A stretch of DNA of 64,000 nucleotides from Candidatus Atelocyanobacterium thalassae (lineage in GTDB: Bacteria > Cyanobacteriota > Cyanobacteriia > Cyanobacteriales > Microcystaceae), in NCBI GenBank assembly GCA_051971635.1, contig JBFPLN010000004.1, positions 32,001-96,000 on the forward strand, written 5' to 3'. Each line of letters starts with the position of its first letter. Position 1 is the stretch's first letter. The position numbers and the translations under genes were made by a program. Shown here piece by piece: positions 20,614 to 32,378 of the stretch. The notes under the pieces were generated by a model, which did not search any database, was not told the DNA's origin, and worked only from the letters and a program-made list of their open reading frames with translations.

Positions 20614-21498
20614 ATGTGGGAATATACAGACAAAGTAATGGACTTTTTTCATAACCCCAGAAATCAAGGGGTAATCGATGAAAAAGAAGGTGGGCAGGCT
20701 ATTACAACTGGAGAAGTAGGGAGTATTGCCTGCGGAGATGCGCTAAAGTTGCACCTTAAAATCGATGAAAAAAGTCAAACTATTCTTGAAGCTCGTTTTC
20801 AAACCTTTGGGTGTGCTTCTGCTATAGCCTCTTCTTCTGCACTAACAGAACTATTGGTTGGTAAAACTTTGGATGAAGCTCTTAGTCTTACAAATAAAGA
20901 AATAGCAGATTATCTAGGTGGACTACCAGAAGAAAAAATGCATTGTTCTGTAATGGGACAAGAGGCTTTAGAAGCTGCAATTTTTAACTACAGAGGAATT
21001 CCTTTAGATACTCATGAAGATGATGAAGGAGCATTGATCTGCCGTTGTTTTGGAGTAACGAATACAAGAATTCGCCGTATTATTCTCGAAAACAGTCTAA
21101 CTACAGCTGAACAAGTGACCAATTATGTCAAAGCTGGTGGTGGATGTGGCTCTTGCTTAACTGATATCGACGATATTATTGCTGACGTTACAGAAGAAAA
21201 ATTGGTTTCAGTAGAAGATATACCGTCAGAAACTAATATGCCTGAATTGGAAGTAAAAACACTAACCAATTTACAAAAAATCACACTTATCCAAAAAGTC
21301 TTAGAAGAAGAAATCAAGCCTACTCTGGCTAAGGATGGAGGAGATGTAGAACTGTTTGATATAGAAGGTAACTTAATTAAAGTTTCTTTAAAAGGAGCTT
21401 GCAGTTCCTGCAGTAGTAGTACATTTACCCTGAAAACTGCTATCGAAGGCAAGTTACGAGAGAGAGTCTCCAAAGATTTAGCTGTCATTGCTGTATAA
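20614..21498 (+). CDS. nifU: Fe-S scaffold NifU
   Basis: ACGD, FGCASA, KMHCSVM, ICRCF, GGGCGSC, C-terminal DGGDVEL...GACSSC. Confidence 0.99.
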   Translation: MWEYTDKVMDFFHNPRNQGVIDEKEGGQAITTGEVGSIACGDALKLHLKIDEKSQTILEARFQTFGCASAIASSSALTELLVGKTLDEALSLTNKEIADYLGGLPEEKMHCSVMGQEALEAAIFNYRGIPLDTHEDDEGALICRCFGVTNTRIRRIILENSLTTAEQVTNYVKAGGGCGSCLTDIDDIIADVTEEKLVSVEDIPSETNMPELEVKTLTNLQKITLIQKVLEEEIKPTLAKDGGDVELFDIEGNLIKVSLKGACSSCSSSTFTLKTAIEGKLRERVSKDLAVIAV

Positions 21499-21566
21499 AG
21501 ACTAGACACAACAGATACATAATCAACTTAACACGAGGCAAAGAACATGATTAATCAAAAGAAAGG

Positions 21567-21601
21567 TGAGGAGCGATCTCCACCATGAGCATTGCTCCTC
21601 A
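21567..21601 (+). promoter_or_regulatory. Stem-loop in the nifU-nifH spacer (probable transcript-stabilising or processing structure)
   Basis: TGAGGAGCGAT-CTC-caccat-GAG-C-ATTGCTCCTCA, about 120 nt upstream of nifH, with no U-tract. Confidence 0.65.
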
Positions 21602-21704
21602 TATTGAAAGATATACTTCTAAGCAATAAATAGCTGTGTAATTCAGTTTGTATTTATCGCATATAGACTAATTATTCTTTCATTCTTTATATACTCACCT
21701 CTAA

Positions 21705-22589
<885 letters not shown>

Positions 22590-22754
22590 ATAGATCTAGT
22601 CAGATAGATCTGAGAATATTCCAGGGTAAAAGTAAATAGGAAATGGTAACTAGTTGTATTGCTGATTAATTATTAGCTTAGACTTAGACCAATTCTTTTA
22701 CCTTAAAATTTCCTTACTAAATTGTCCTTTGTCTAAAACCTTAAGAGGATCATT

Positions 22755-24197
22755 ATGGCAACAGTCGAAGAAAATAAGAAGCTCATTGCTGACGTTTTGG
22801 CAACTTACCCTGCAAAAGCTGCTAAGAAACGTAATAAACACCTTGGTGTTTATGAAGAAGGAGCTGATGATTGTGGTGTTAAATCCAATAAAGTATCCCT
22901 ACCAGGTGTTATGACCGCTCGTGGTTGTGCTTACGCTGGATCCAAAGGGGTAGTTTGGGGTCCTATCAAAGATATGATTCATATCTCCCATGGACCTGTT
23001 GGTTGTGGTTACTACTCCTGGTCTGGTCGTCGTAACTATTACATCGGAGTAACCGGAGTAGATAGTTTCGGTACCATGAACTTCACATCTGACTTCCAAG
23101 AACGTGATGTTGTTTTCGGTGGAGACACAAAGCTAAGTCAACTTATTGATGAAGTTGAAATATTATTTCCTCTTAACGGTGGTATCTCAGTTCAATCAGA
23201 ATGTCCTATCGGTTTAATTGGAGATGATATTGAAGCAGTATCTCGTGCCAAAACCAAAGAACTCGGCAAACAAGTTATTCCTGTTCGTTGCGAAGGATTC
23301 CGCGGAGTTTCTCAATCTTTAGGACATCACATCGCTAATGATGTGATCCGTGATTGGGTTTTCCCAGTTGCTGATAAAGAAATCGCTGAAAAAGGTTTTG
23401 AAGGCACTCCTTATGACGTTGCTATCATTGGTGACTATAACATTGGTGGAGACGCTTGGTCTAGCCGTATTCTTTTAGAAGAAATGGGACTACGTGTTAT
23501 TGCTCAGTGGTCTGGTGATGGTACCTTCACTGAAATGAAAGCAACACCTAGTGTTAAATTAAACCTAGTCCACTGCTATCGTTCTATGAACTATATCAGT
23601 CGTCACATGGAAGAAAAATATGGTATTCCTTGGTTAGAATACAATTTCTTCGGACCTAGCAAAATCATCGAATCTTTAAGAGCAATTGCTGAGCGTTTTG
23701 ATGACACAATTCAACAAAAAGCTGAAGCAGTAATAGCTAAATATAAAGAGCAAGCTGATGGCATTATAGCTAAATATCGCCCTCGTTTAGAAGGCAAAAC
23801 TGTCATGATGATGGTTGGTGGACTACGTCCTCGTCACGTTGTTCCTGCTTTTAAAGACTTGGGAATGGAAATCATCGGAACTGGATATGAGTTTGCTCAT
23901 GGTGATGACTACAAGCGTACTACTCACTATGTTAAAGACGCTACTCTTATCTATGATGACGTTACTGGTTATGAGTTCGAAGAATTTGTCAAAGAACTTA
24001 AGCCTGATTTAGTAGCTGCAGGAATCAAAGAGAAGTATGTCTTCCAAAAGATGGCTCTTCCTTTCCGCCAAATGCACTCTTGGGATTATTCAGGTCCTTA
24101 CCACGGTTATGATGGCTTTGCTATCTTTGCACGTGATATGGATTTAGCCCTTAACAATCCTACCTGGGGACTAGTCGGAACCCCTTGGAATAAATAA
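22755..24197 (+). CDS. nifD: Nitrogenase MoFe protein alpha chain
   Basis: RGCAYAG, HGPVGC, SECPIG, HCYRS, QMHSWDY; uninterrupted. Confidence 0.99.
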   Translation: MATVEENKKLIADVLATYPAKAAKKRNKHLGVYEEGADDCGVKSNKVSLPGVMTARGCAYAGSKGVVWGPIKDMIHISHGPVGCGYYSWSGRRNYYIGVTGVDSFGTMNFTSDFQERDVVFGGDTKLSQLIDEVEILFPLNGGISVQSECPIGLIGDDIEAVSRAKTKELGKQVIPVRCEGFRGVSQSLGHHIANDVIRDWVFPVADKEIAEKGFEGTPYDVAIIGDYNIGGDAWSSRILLEEMGLRVIAQWSGDGTFTEMKATPSVKLNLVHCYRSMNYISRHMEEKYGIPWLEYNFFGPSKIIESLRAIAERFDDTIQQKAEAVIAKYKEQADGIIAKYRPRLEGKTVMMMVGGLRPRHVVPAFKDLGMEIIGTGYEFAHGDDYKRTTHYVKDATLIYDDVTGYEFEEFVKELKPDLVAAGIKEKYVFQKMALPFRQMHSWDYSGPYHGYDGFAIFARDMDLALNNPTWGLVGTPWNK

Positions 24198-24211
24198 AAA
24201 AGGCTGATTGT

Positions 24212-24259
24212 GAAGGATGAGGAGATTTTTATCCCCTCTCCCTTCCCCTACTTTCTTTT
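24212..24259 (+). repeat. Purine-rich/pyrimidine-rich fold-back with degenerate CT heptamers (nifD-nifK spacer)
   Basis: GAAGGATGAGGAGA followed by ATCCCCT CTCCCTT CCCCTAC TTTCTTT. Confidence 0.5.
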
Positions 24260-24306
24260 CTAAGGATTCTTTGTCCGAGACACACATCCACACGGAGTTA
24301 CTAAAG

Positions 24307-25839
24307 ATGGCCCAAAACGTAAATAAAATTAAAGACCACGTCGAACTATTTCATCAGCCTGAGTACAAAGAACTGTTTGCTAACAAAAAACAGTTTGAAG
24401 GAATGCCTACTGCTGAAAAAGTTAAAGAAGTTGCTGAATGGACTAAAAGCTGGGAATATCGTGAGAAAAACTTCGCACGTGAAGCCCTTACTGTTAACCC
24501 TGCTAAAGGTTGCCAACCTTTAGGAGCTCTACTTGCTGCAGTTGGATTTGAAGGAACTCTACCTTTTGTTCACGGTTCTCAAGGTTGTGTTTCCTACTTC
24601 CGTACTCACTTAACTCGTCACTTTAAAGAGCCTGTTAGTGCTGTATCTTCTTCCATGACTGAAAACGCTGCTGTTTTCGGTGGATTAAGTAACATGGTTG
24701 ATGGTTTACAAAATGCTTATGCTCTTTATAAGCCTAAAATGATTGCTGTTTGTACTACTTGTATGGCAGAAGTAATCGGAGATGATTTAGGTTCTTTCAT
24801 TGGAAATGCTCGTGTTGACGGTGTAATTCCTCAAGATTTACCTATTCCTTTTGCTCACACTCCTAGTTTTGTTGGATCACATGTGAACGGATACGATCAC
24901 ATGATGAAGTCTATCCTATCTACCTTGACTGAAGGTAAAAAAGGTAACAAAAACGGTAAAATTAACTTTATGCCTGGATTCGAAACCTACATGGGGAATC
25001 TTCGCGAACTTAAAAAGTTAATTGCTGCTTTAGGTGTAAATGGAACTATCTTAAGTGATACCGAAATGTACCTAGACTCTCCAAACTTAGGAGAATTTTC
25101 TATGTACCATGAAGGAACATCTTTAGAAGATACTGCTGATTGTATTAATGCAGATGCTACTATTGCTCTTCAAGCTTATACAACTCCTAAAACTCTTGCT
25201 TACATTTCTAAAAAATGGGAGCAAAAAACCTGTGTTCATCGTCCTTGGGGTATAAAAGCAACTGATGAATTCTTAATGAGTTTATCTCAGTTAACTGGAA
25301 ATCCTATTCCTAAAGAACTTGAAATTGAACGTGGACGTGCTGTAGATGCTATGACTGATACTCAAGCATGGCTTCATGGCAAAACTGCTGCAATCTTCGG
25401 TGACCCTGATACAGTCATGGGATTATTACAATTTATGTTAGAAATGGGTATTGAACCTGTTCACATCCTAGTACATAACAGTAATGATCAATTCGAAGAA
25501 GAAGCAAGAGAACTTTTAGATTCTAGTCCTTATGGGCAACAAGCAACAGTTTGGGGTTATAAAGATTTATGGCATTTACGTTCTTTATTATTCACCGAAC
25601 CTGTTGACTTCATGATTGGTAACTCCTACGGTAAATATTTAGAAAGAGATACTGAAACTCCTCTAATCCGTATAGGTTATCCTATCTTTGATCGTCATCA
25701 TTTACATCGTTATTCAACCATTGGATACGGAGGTGCTATTAACCTTCTTAACTGGATTGCTAACGGAGTTCTTGATGCTCTAGATCGTAGAACAGATATC
25801 GCTGGAGAAACAGACATCTCCTTCGACTTAGTTCGTTAA
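24307..25839 (+). CDS. nifK: Nitrogenase MoFe protein beta chain
   Basis: NPAKGCQP, HGSQGC, TTCMAEVIGDD, HTPSF, ends FDLVR. Real start is MAQNV at 24307 with GGAG upstream; the ORF-track extension to 24217 is repeat-derived. Confidence 0.99.
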   Translation: MAQNVNKIKDHVELFHQPEYKELFANKKQFEGMPTAEKVKEVAEWTKSWEYREKNFAREALTVNPAKGCQPLGALLAAVGFEGTLPFVHGSQGCVSYFRTHLTRHFKEPVSAVSSSMTENAAVFGGLSNMVDGLQNAYALYKPKMIAVCTTCMAEVIGDDLGSFIGNARVDGVIPQDLPIPFAHTPSFVGSHVNGYDHMMKSILSTLTEGKKGNKNGKINFMPGFETYMGNLRELKKLIAALGVNGTILSDTEMYLDSPNLGEFSMYHEGTSLEDTADCINADATIALQAYTTPKTLAYISKKWEQKTCVHRPWGIKATDEFLMSLSQLTGNPIPKELEIERGRAVDAMTDTQAWLHGKTAAIFGDPDTVMGLLQFMLEMGIEPVHILVHNSNDQFEEEARELLDSSPYGQQATVWGYKDLWHLRSLLFTEPVDFMIGNSYGKYLERDTETPLIRIGYPIFDRHHLHRYSTIGYGGAINLLNWIANGVLDALDRRTDIAGETDISFDLVR

Positions 25840-25860
25840 TATTTAAGGAAGTTTAGATAT

Positions 25861-25927
25861 GAGGGAGACTAGGAGAAATTCAGGGAGACGTTAATGCGTT
25901 TTCCCTCTCCCCTCTCTCCTCTTCCTA
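25861..25927 (+). repeat. Fold-back with degenerate heptamer tandem repeats after nifK
   Basis: GAGGGAGA..AGGAGA..AGGGAGACG followed by TTTCCCT CTCCCCT CTCTCCT CTTCCTA. Confidence 0.55.
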
Positions 25928-26190
25928 ATATAATTTTTTATATAAATTTATCGAGCTGTAAAACTGTTGTAATAAGCTGTATTATTAACTTTTTACATAA
26001 ATCGGATGATGCTCTTCCAACAAATCTCAGATATCTTGTCTATTTACAACTGTTGTTAAATATTGATGATATTAACATAATCTTTTAGAGCAATATAAAC
26101 TTGCTATTTTTTTAGCAAATTATCTATTACTTTGTTATGTCATCTAAATCATAAGTTTAAGCATTTCTGTAATAGTTATAGGAAATTTAT

Positions 26191-27561
26191 ATGAAACTTA
26201 CAAAAGCAAAGATTAATGAGTTATTAACACAACCAGAATGTGAGCATAACCTTAACAAAGGAGGTCAAGGCAAGAATAAAGCTTGTACTCAACAATCTCA
26301 GCCTGGATCTGCTCAAGGAGGATGTGCTTTTGATGGAGCATCTATCACACTTGTGCCAATTACTGATGCGGCTCATTTAGTTCATGGTCCTATTGCCTGT
26401 TCTGGTAATAGTTGGAATAGTCGTGGCAGTTTGTCGAGTGGCTCAATGCTCTATAAAATGGGATTTACTACTGATATATCCGAAAATGACATAATTTTTG
26501 GAGGCGAAAAAAAGCTTTATAAGGCTGTTGCTCAAATTATTAATAACTTTAATCCAGCCGCAGTTTTTGTCTATTCAACTTGCATTACTGCACTCATAGG
26601 AGATGATCTAGATGCGGTATGTAAGGCAGCAACAAATAAATATCAAACACCTGTTATCCCAGTACATTCTCCAGGGTTCGTAGGTAGTAAAAATCTTGGT
26701 AATCGTCTAGGCGGAGAGGCTCTATTGCAGCATGTAATTGGTAGCAAAGAACCTGAGTATACAACCAATTACGACATTAACATAATTGGAGAGTATAATA
26801 TCGCTGGAGAAATGTGGGCAGTTACTACTTTACTTGAAAAATTAGGAATTAGAATTCTAGGAAAAATAACAGGAGATGCAAGATACGAAGATATTTGTTC
26901 TGCGCATAGGGCAAAATTAAATGTAATGATCTGTTCTAAAGCTCTTATAAATATAGCTTCTTCCATGAAAGAAAAATACAACATACCTTACATGGAAGAA
27001 TCCTTTTATGGAATAGACGATATGAATCGTTGCTTAAGAGATATAGCAAAATTCTTTGGTGATGCTGAATTAATTGAACGTACCGAAAAAATTATTGAAG
27101 AAGAGGTTTCTAAGTTAAACATTCAACTAGAACCTTATAGAAGAAAACTGAAAGGAAAACGAATGGTTTTATACACTGGAGGTGTTAAAAGCTGGTCTAT
27201 TGTATCAGCAGCGCAAGATCTGGGAATGCAAGTAGTAGCTACTAGCACTAAGAAAAGTACAGAAGAAGATAAAGCACGTATTAAGAATCTTTTGGGTAAA
27301 GACGGTATTATGCTTGAGAAAGGTAATCCGGAAGAATTATTAAGAGTAATCAAAGAAACAAAGGCAGATTTATTGGTGGCAGGAGGAAGAAATCAATACA
27401 CTGCTCTCAAAGCAAAGATACCTTTCTTAGATATTAACCAAGAACGTCATCATCCCTATGCAGGCTACATTGGTATGGTTGAAATGGCTAGAGAACTAAG
27501 CGAAGCAGTTTATAGTCCAATTTGGAGACAAGTTAGAAAACCTGCGCCTTGGGATGAATGA
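26191..27561 (+). CDS. nifE: FeMo-cofactor scaffold NifE
   Basis: GGCAFDGA, HGPIAC, YSTC, YTGGVKSWS, DINQERH. Confidence 0.99.
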   Translation: MKLTKAKINELLTQPECEHNLNKGGQGKNKACTQQSQPGSAQGGCAFDGASITLVPITDAAHLVHGPIACSGNSWNSRGSLSSGSMLYKMGFTTDISENDIIFGGEKKLYKAVAQIINNFNPAAVFVYSTCITALIGDDLDAVCKAATNKYQTPVIPVHSPGFVGSKNLGNRLGGEALLQHVIGSKEPEYTTNYDINIIGEYNIAGEMWAVTTLLEKLGIRILGKITGDARYEDICSAHRAKLNVMICSKALINIASSMKEKYNIPYMEESFYGIDDMNRCLRDIAKFFGDAELIERTEKIIEEEVSKLNIQLEPYRRKLKGKRMVLYTGGVKSWSIVSAAQDLGMQVVATSTKKSTEEDKARIKNLLGKDGIMLEKGNPEELLRVIKETKADLLVAGGRNQYTALKAKIPFLDINQERHHPYAGYIGMVEMARELSEAVYSPIWRQVRKPAPWDE

Positions 27562-27650
27562 AAGACTAACAAAGTATTATAATCCCAATCTTTCATATAC
27601 CAGAATGTCTTAATGAAAATACTAAACCCCTGGAAAAGGAGTGACAGACA

Positions 27651-29012
27651 GTGACCACGATTGTAAACCCCGATAAATCTTTATCAGTTAATCCATTAAA
27701 AATGAGCCAGCCTTTGGGAGCAGCCTTAGCTTTTCTGGGTTTAAACAAAATGATGCCATTGTTTCATGGATCACAAGGATGTACAGCCTTTGCTAAAGTT
27801 GTCTTAGTACGTCACTTCCGTGAATCTATTCCTCTTTCAACAACTGCTATGACGGAAATTAGCACAATTTTAGGTGGAGAGGATAATATCGAGCAAGCAA
27901 TTCTAACTATAATGGAAAAATATAGACCTGAAGTTATAGGACTTTTAACTACTGGTTTAACAGAAACTAGAGGGGATGACATGCGTCGCATTCTCTTAAC
28001 AATTAAAGAGAAACATCCACAATTACGTTCTTTTCCGATTATTTTAGTTTCTACTCCAGATTATAAAGGTTCGCTACAAGACGGATATAGTGCTGCGGTT
28101 GAAAGTATTGTATCCACTGATTATGGTGATTCTATAGAAAATGAATTATGTTCAGCAAACGTAAAACCTCAAGTTAATGTTTTATGTGCTTCTCACCTTT
28201 CTCCTGCTGATGTAGAGGAAATCAAAGTTACTGTTGAATCATTTGGATTAATACCAATTATGATTCCTGATCTTTCTTCTTCTCTAGATGGTCATGTAGA
28301 GGATGAGTATCACACTACGACTTCTGGAGGAACTAGCATACAACAATTAAAGCAACTAAAGAATTCTTGTCTTACTTTGGCGATTGGCGGAAGTATGACG
28401 AAAGCTGCAATAATTTTAGAGAAACGCTTTGGTACAAAATATGAAGTATTTCCTAGCTTAGCTGGCTTAGATGCAATAGATTCCTTTTTATGGAAACTCT
28501 CCCAGTTTGTCACAAGTAATAGTAACGATCAATTAATATCACAAACAATTCCTCTACGTCTTAAACGACAACGCCGTCAATTGCAAGATGCTATTCTTGA
28601 TACTCACTTTTACTTTGGCGGAAAGAAAATTTCTCTTGCTTTAGAGCCAGACTTACTATATCAAACATCATGGTTATTAACAGAAATGGGAGCAGAAATT
28701 CAAGCTGCTGTTACTACAACCGAATCATCCATATTGAAAGAGTTACCTTTTGATACTGTAATTATTGGTGATCTAAAAGATTTAGAAGAATTGGCTCCTG
28801 AAAGTGATTTAATAATCACAAATAGTCATGGTGTATCTTTAGCTGAGCATCTTAACATACCTCTATATCGTATGGGATATCCTATCTATGATCGTCTAGG
28901 TATGGGACAGCGTTGCTTAGTAGGATATTCTGGCACTATGAGATTTTTATTTGAAGTAGGCAATCTTCTTATGGAAGAAGAGGCTAAACATAATCCTATT
29001 ACTTTGCATTAA
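27651..29012 (+). CDS. nifN: FeMo-cofactor scaffold NifN
   Basis: NPLKMSQPLGA, HGSQGCTAF, RHFRE, GYPIYDRLG. GTG start with AGGAG upstream. Confidence 0.99.
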   Translation: MTTIVNPDKSLSVNPLKMSQPLGAALAFLGLNKMMPLFHGSQGCTAFAKVVLVRHFRESIPLSTTAMTEISTILGGEDNIEQAILTIMEKYRPEVIGLLTTGLTETRGDDMRRILLTIKEKHPQLRSFPIILVSTPDYKGSLQDGYSAAVESIVSTDYGDSIENELCSANVKPQVNVLCASHLSPADVEEIKVTVESFGLIPIMIPDLSSSLDGHVEDEYHTTTSGGTSIQQLKQLKNSCLTLAIGGSMTKAAIILEKRFGTKYEVFPSLAGLDAIDSFLWKLSQFVTSNSNDQLISQTIPLRLKRQRRQLQDAILDTHFYFGGKKISLALEPDLLYQTSWLLTEMGAEIQAAVTTTESSILKELPFDTVIIGDLKDLEELAPESDLIITNSHGVSLAEHLNIPLYRMGYPIYDRLGMGQRCLVGYSGTMRFLFEVGNLLMEEEAKHNPITLH

Positions 29013-29068
29013 AATAGGAATTATAAAGTAAAGTTTCCCCTTAATGTTATTTATCTGAGAGGAAGAAC

Positions 29069-29467
29069 ATGAAAGTCGCATTTACAACTAGTGATAATGT
29101 TCACGTCAATGCTCATTTCGGATGGGCAAAAAATATTGACTTATATGACGTATCACCTGATGGTTTTAGTTTTTTTAGTACATTAGAATTTGGTGGTGAT
29201 TTGAAAGAAGATGGTAATGAGGACAAGTTAGTACCTAAAATTGAGGCACTAAAAGGTTGTACATTACTTTACGTTTCTGCTATCGGAGGTAGTGCTGCTG
29301 CACGTCTCATAAATAGAAACGTTACCCCTATTAAAGCGCGAACAGACCAAGATAAAATTGATGATATCCTAAATGAGTTAGTTAAAACTTTAAAAGGTAA
29401 TCCTCCTCCTTGGTTGCGTAAAGTTCTTCGCCAAGATAGCGAACCCGTTAACTTTGAAGACGATTAA
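29069..29467 (+). CDS. nifX: NifX
   Basis: MKVAF...VNAHFG, EDGNEDKL, AIGGSAAA, PPPWLRK. Confidence 0.98.
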   Translation: MKVAFTTSDNVHVNAHFGWAKNIDLYDVSPDGFSFFSTLEFGGDLKEDGNEDKLVPKIEALKGCTLLYVSAIGGSAAARLINRNVTPIKARTDQDKIDDILNELVKTLKGNPPPWLRKVLRQDSEPVNFEDD

Positions 29468-29475
29468 TAGAATAG

Positions 29476-29880
29476 ATGGAGGAAAACATTCTTAAAAGTT
29501 TGGTAACTGGGATTTTTTCTAATATTGAAGAATCTATTTAAGATATTGCATCAAGATAGATATTAAACCTCTTCTATGGTTTTAACTTATACTGGAATTA
29601 GATTAGTGATTAATAACAGTATATTTTTAAATAAAAACAAGAAGTTTGCATAGAAGAAGGGACTTTCTTTATTAAAATACTAAAAATTGTTTGTTTCTTC
29701 CAAAAAGTCTACAAATTAATTGGCGCAAAAATAAACGTGCTATGTTAACTCTTTATAGATAGACATTGCCAAGAGTATGACTAAACAGTCTGTTAAAGCT
29801 ATTCAAAATAGCCTATCGCAAAAGGTTTCTGTTCTAGGATTCCGAGAGAATACAGCAACGTAAAGATTACTAGGAAGCAA
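29476..29880 (+). pseudogene. Heavily eroded NifX-associated protein (DUF269)
   Basis: Correct syntenic slot. The frame from 29635 reads KQEVCIEEGTFFIKILKIVCFFQKVYKLIGAKINVLC*LFIDRHCQEYD*, which stays in register with the DUF269 pattern as I recall it (KREISVEG...RI..FYRAVA..IE..TG...QVVVDL.HEGFGW). Multiple stops. Confidence 0.6.
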
Positions 29881-30088
29881 ATTTTGGAATTAAATTAATA
29901 CAAAAAATCTTGTAATCTTAATATTCTAATTAACGGTAATTTATAAAAAGCTATATTTAGCTTTTTATCTATTCTTTTATCTACTAGATTACAACTTGAA
30001 GATAGAGTAAATGAAATTTTTGCTTTTAAACTTCTAATTTTTAGTAACTAGTTAGTACTTTTATACACTATTCTATGAGGAAAACATT

Positions 30089-30322
30089 GTGGTAAGTGAT
30101 AATACTACTCCTACTCCTGATGAAATAGCAGACCTAAAGAAAGCAGTTCGAAAATTAAATTCAAGAGCTGGAGAGATGAAAATGGATTTACATGATCTTG
30201 CAGAAGGATTACCTGTAGACTATGAGACTCTTATGGAAACTGCGAAAAAAACATATGATGTTTTTCATGACTTGGACCAAATGAAAAAAAAACTTATTTC
30301 TTGGGAGAAAAATCTAAAATGA
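30089..30322 (+). CDS. CCE_0567/DUF683 family nif-associated protein
   Basis: LKK.VRKLNSRAG.MKMDLHDLAEGLP motif. GTG start; ATGA overlap with nifW. Confidence 0.93.
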   Translation: MVSDNTTPTPDEIADLKKAVRKLNSRAGEMKMDLHDLAEGLPVDYETLMETAKKTYDVFHDLDQMKKKLISWEKNLK

Positions 30323-30687
30323 CTATTCCTACTAATACACCGAAAACATTAGCCGAATTTATTAAACTTACTAATACAGAAGATTATTTACAGTTTTTTG
30401 ATATTGATTATGATCCAACTTTTGTTAATGTAAATCGCCTTCACATTCTTAAACAGTTTTCCATACTAGTGGCAGAAATAAACAGAGTTTTTCCAGATAT
30501 AGACGATATGGAAAAACTAGCCAAGTATAAGATAGCATTTGAAGAATCTTATCAATTATTTAAGACTTCTACCCCTCTAGATACTAAGTTGTTTAAAGTT
30601 TTTAAAGATGCTCCTAATAATGTTGTTTTATTAGAAGATTTAAGTATCGATGAAACAGATTGGACAAAAGATTCTGGTGTTCTTTAA
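30319..30687 (+). CDS. nifW: Nitrogenase-stabilising protein NifW
   Basis: EDYLQFFDIDYD..FVNVNRLHILKQF, KLFKVF. Start set to the ATG at 30319. Confidence 0.96.
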   Translation: MTIPTNTPKTLAEFIKLTNTEDYLQFFDIDYDPTFVNVNRLHILKQFSILVAEINRVFPDIDDMEKLAKYKIAFEESYQLFKTSTPLDTKLFKVFKDAPNNVVLLEDLSIDETDWTKDSGVL

Positions 30688-30699
30688 TTAACTAATGCT

Positions 30700-31473
30700 A
30701 TGGAATTTACTCCTACTGAATTAGAACGCTATTCAAGGCAAATTCAAATTCCTGGGTTTGGAGAAGATGGACAAAAACGTCTGAAAAGTACAACTGCCAT
30801 TGTTACAGGTGTAGGTGGACTAGGCGGAACTGTCGCTTTATATCTAGCTGTTGCTGGAGTAGGTAAAATTATTTTAGTTCGTGGAGGAAATTTACGTCTC
30901 GATGATCTGAACCGTCAGATATTAATGACTAATAGTTGGGTAGGTCAACCCAGAGTTTATAAAGCTAAAGAAACTATCTTGAACATTAATCCTGATATTC
31001 AAGTCGAAGTAATTCCTGAATTTGTTACTTCTGAAAATATTGAGGACCTTGTAAAGAAATCTGATATTGCTTTTGATTGTGCATTCGACTTTGCAGAGAG
31101 AGACCTGTTAAATACAGCTTGCGTTCGCTGCAAAGTCCCTATGATAGAAGCAGCCATGAGTGGTATGGAAGCATATTTAACAACTATTGTTCCTGGTGAA
31201 ACACCTTGTTTATCATGCATTTTCCCAGAAAAACCTAAGTGGGATAGATGGGGATTTGGAGTCTTAGGTGCAGTTTCTGGCAGTTTAGCTTGCTTAGCAG
31301 CATTAGAAGGTATTAAACTTTTAACAGGAGTTGGAGAGACTTTAAAAGGTCAATTATTAACAATGGATCTAGGAAATACAACTTTTGCCAAACGTCGACC
31401 TTATCATGATCCTGAATGTCCTACCTGTGGTGGTCTAAGGCAACAAGATTCTAATGATAATGCAATACAATAA
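30700..31473 (+). CDS. hesA: HesA (MoeB/ThiF family)
   Basis: ELERYSRQ, GVGGLGG, DDLNRQ, TPCLSC, CPTC. Confidence 0.96.
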   Translation: MEFTPTELERYSRQIQIPGFGEDGQKRLKSTTAIVTGVGGLGGTVALYLAVAGVGKIILVRGGNLRLDDLNRQILMTNSWVGQPRVYKAKETILNINPDIQVEVIPEFVTSENIEDLVKKSDIAFDCAFDFAERDLLNTACVRCKVPMIEAAMSGMEAYLTTIVPGETPCLSCIFPEKPKWDRWGFGVLGAVSGSLACLAALEGIKLLTGVGETLKGQLLTMDLGNTTFAKRRPYHDPECPTCGGLRQQDSNDNAIQ

Positions 31474-31555
31474 AGGTAGATACTGAGAGTAAATATTTAT
31501 TCTTATGATGGTTCTTTGATTCTACCTCTTCATTACCCTTAATATTCATAAAAAA

Positions 31556-31915
31556 ATGACTGTAACCCTAACTAACAAAGCTACTACTCGACTTCAGTCC
31601 TTTCTGAAAAAACAATCAAATAAAGTTTCCGGCATTCGTGTTGGGGTTAAAGATGGTGGTTGCAATGGTTATGAATACACTCTTAATCTAGTAGGGAAGC
31701 CAAATGAAAAGGATGTATGTTTTAATCAAAACAATATCTCTATCTATGTTGACCCTAATAATATATCCTTACTAGAAGGGGTAGTTATTGATTTTGTAGA
31801 TAGTCTAGTTAAAAGTGGATTTATCTTTACAAACCCCAATGCAACAGGTACTTGTGACTGCGGTAAGTCTTTCTCTACAGCAAGCTGCGGTGGACAATCT
31901 ACCCCTTGTAGCTAA
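31556..31915 (+). CDS. hesB: HesB/IscA Fe-S assembly protein
   Basis: GGCNGYEY, FTNPNATGTCDCGKSF. Confidence 0.96.
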   Translation: MTVTLTNKATTRLQSFLKKQSNKVSGIRVGVKDGGCNGYEYTLNLVGKPNEKDVCFNQNNISIYVDPNNISLLEGVVIDFVDSLVKSGFIFTNPNATGTCDCGKSFSTASCGGQSTPCS

Positions 31916-32027
31916 TCGATAATTGAGATTAGCTAAATAAAAAGTTTGGTAATTAGGATTATTCTTCTTTTTTAGAATAATACCTAAGAATCAATAACAC
32001 ATATCCAACATATAAGGAGAAACACTT

Positions 32028-32342
32028 ATGCCTAAAAATTATGAAGTTCGATTAATTAAAGGGAAAAAAAATAAACCTCCAGAAATGGATGTTACTCTTA
32101 CACTTCCTGATAATGTTTATATAGTTGACTCTGCTGAAGATAATGGAGTTGAACTTCCTGCAACTTGTCGAACAGGTAATTGCTCTAACTGTGTTGGCCG
32201 TATGGTTGAAGGAGAAATTGATCAGTTAGATCAAGCTTTCTTAACTGATAAACAGGTGAAAGACGGCTGGGTACTTCTTTGTGTTGCTTATCCTCGTTCT
32301 AACTGCACGATCAAAACTCATCAAGAGGCTTATTTAGTCTAA
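32028..32342 (+). CDS. fdxH: Plant-type [2Fe-2S] ferredoxin (FdxH-like, nif-linked)
   Basis: [26 protein letters not shown]; lies after hesB. Confidence 0.88.
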   Translation: MPKNYEVRLIKGKKNKPPEMDVTLTLPDNVYIVDSAEDNGVELPATCRTGNCSNCVGRMVEGEIDQLDQAFLTDKQVKDGWVLLCVAYPRSNCTIKTHQEAYLV

Positions 32343-32378
32343 AATATTAGATAATTTATCCTTATCTATTCATAAAGA

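Noticed and set aside
24217..24306. 30-aa N-terminal extension of NifK in the ORF track
   Set aside because: Produced by the CT-rich repeat. The canonical start MAQN with an RBS is at 24307.
22755..25839. Excision elements in nifD/nifK as in heterocystous cyanobacteria
   Set aside because: Both genes are continuous and there is no recombinase in the window.
25894..26088. 64-aa ORF between nifK and nifE
   Set aside because: Starts inside the hairpin/heptamer repeat, is low complexity and resembles no family I know.
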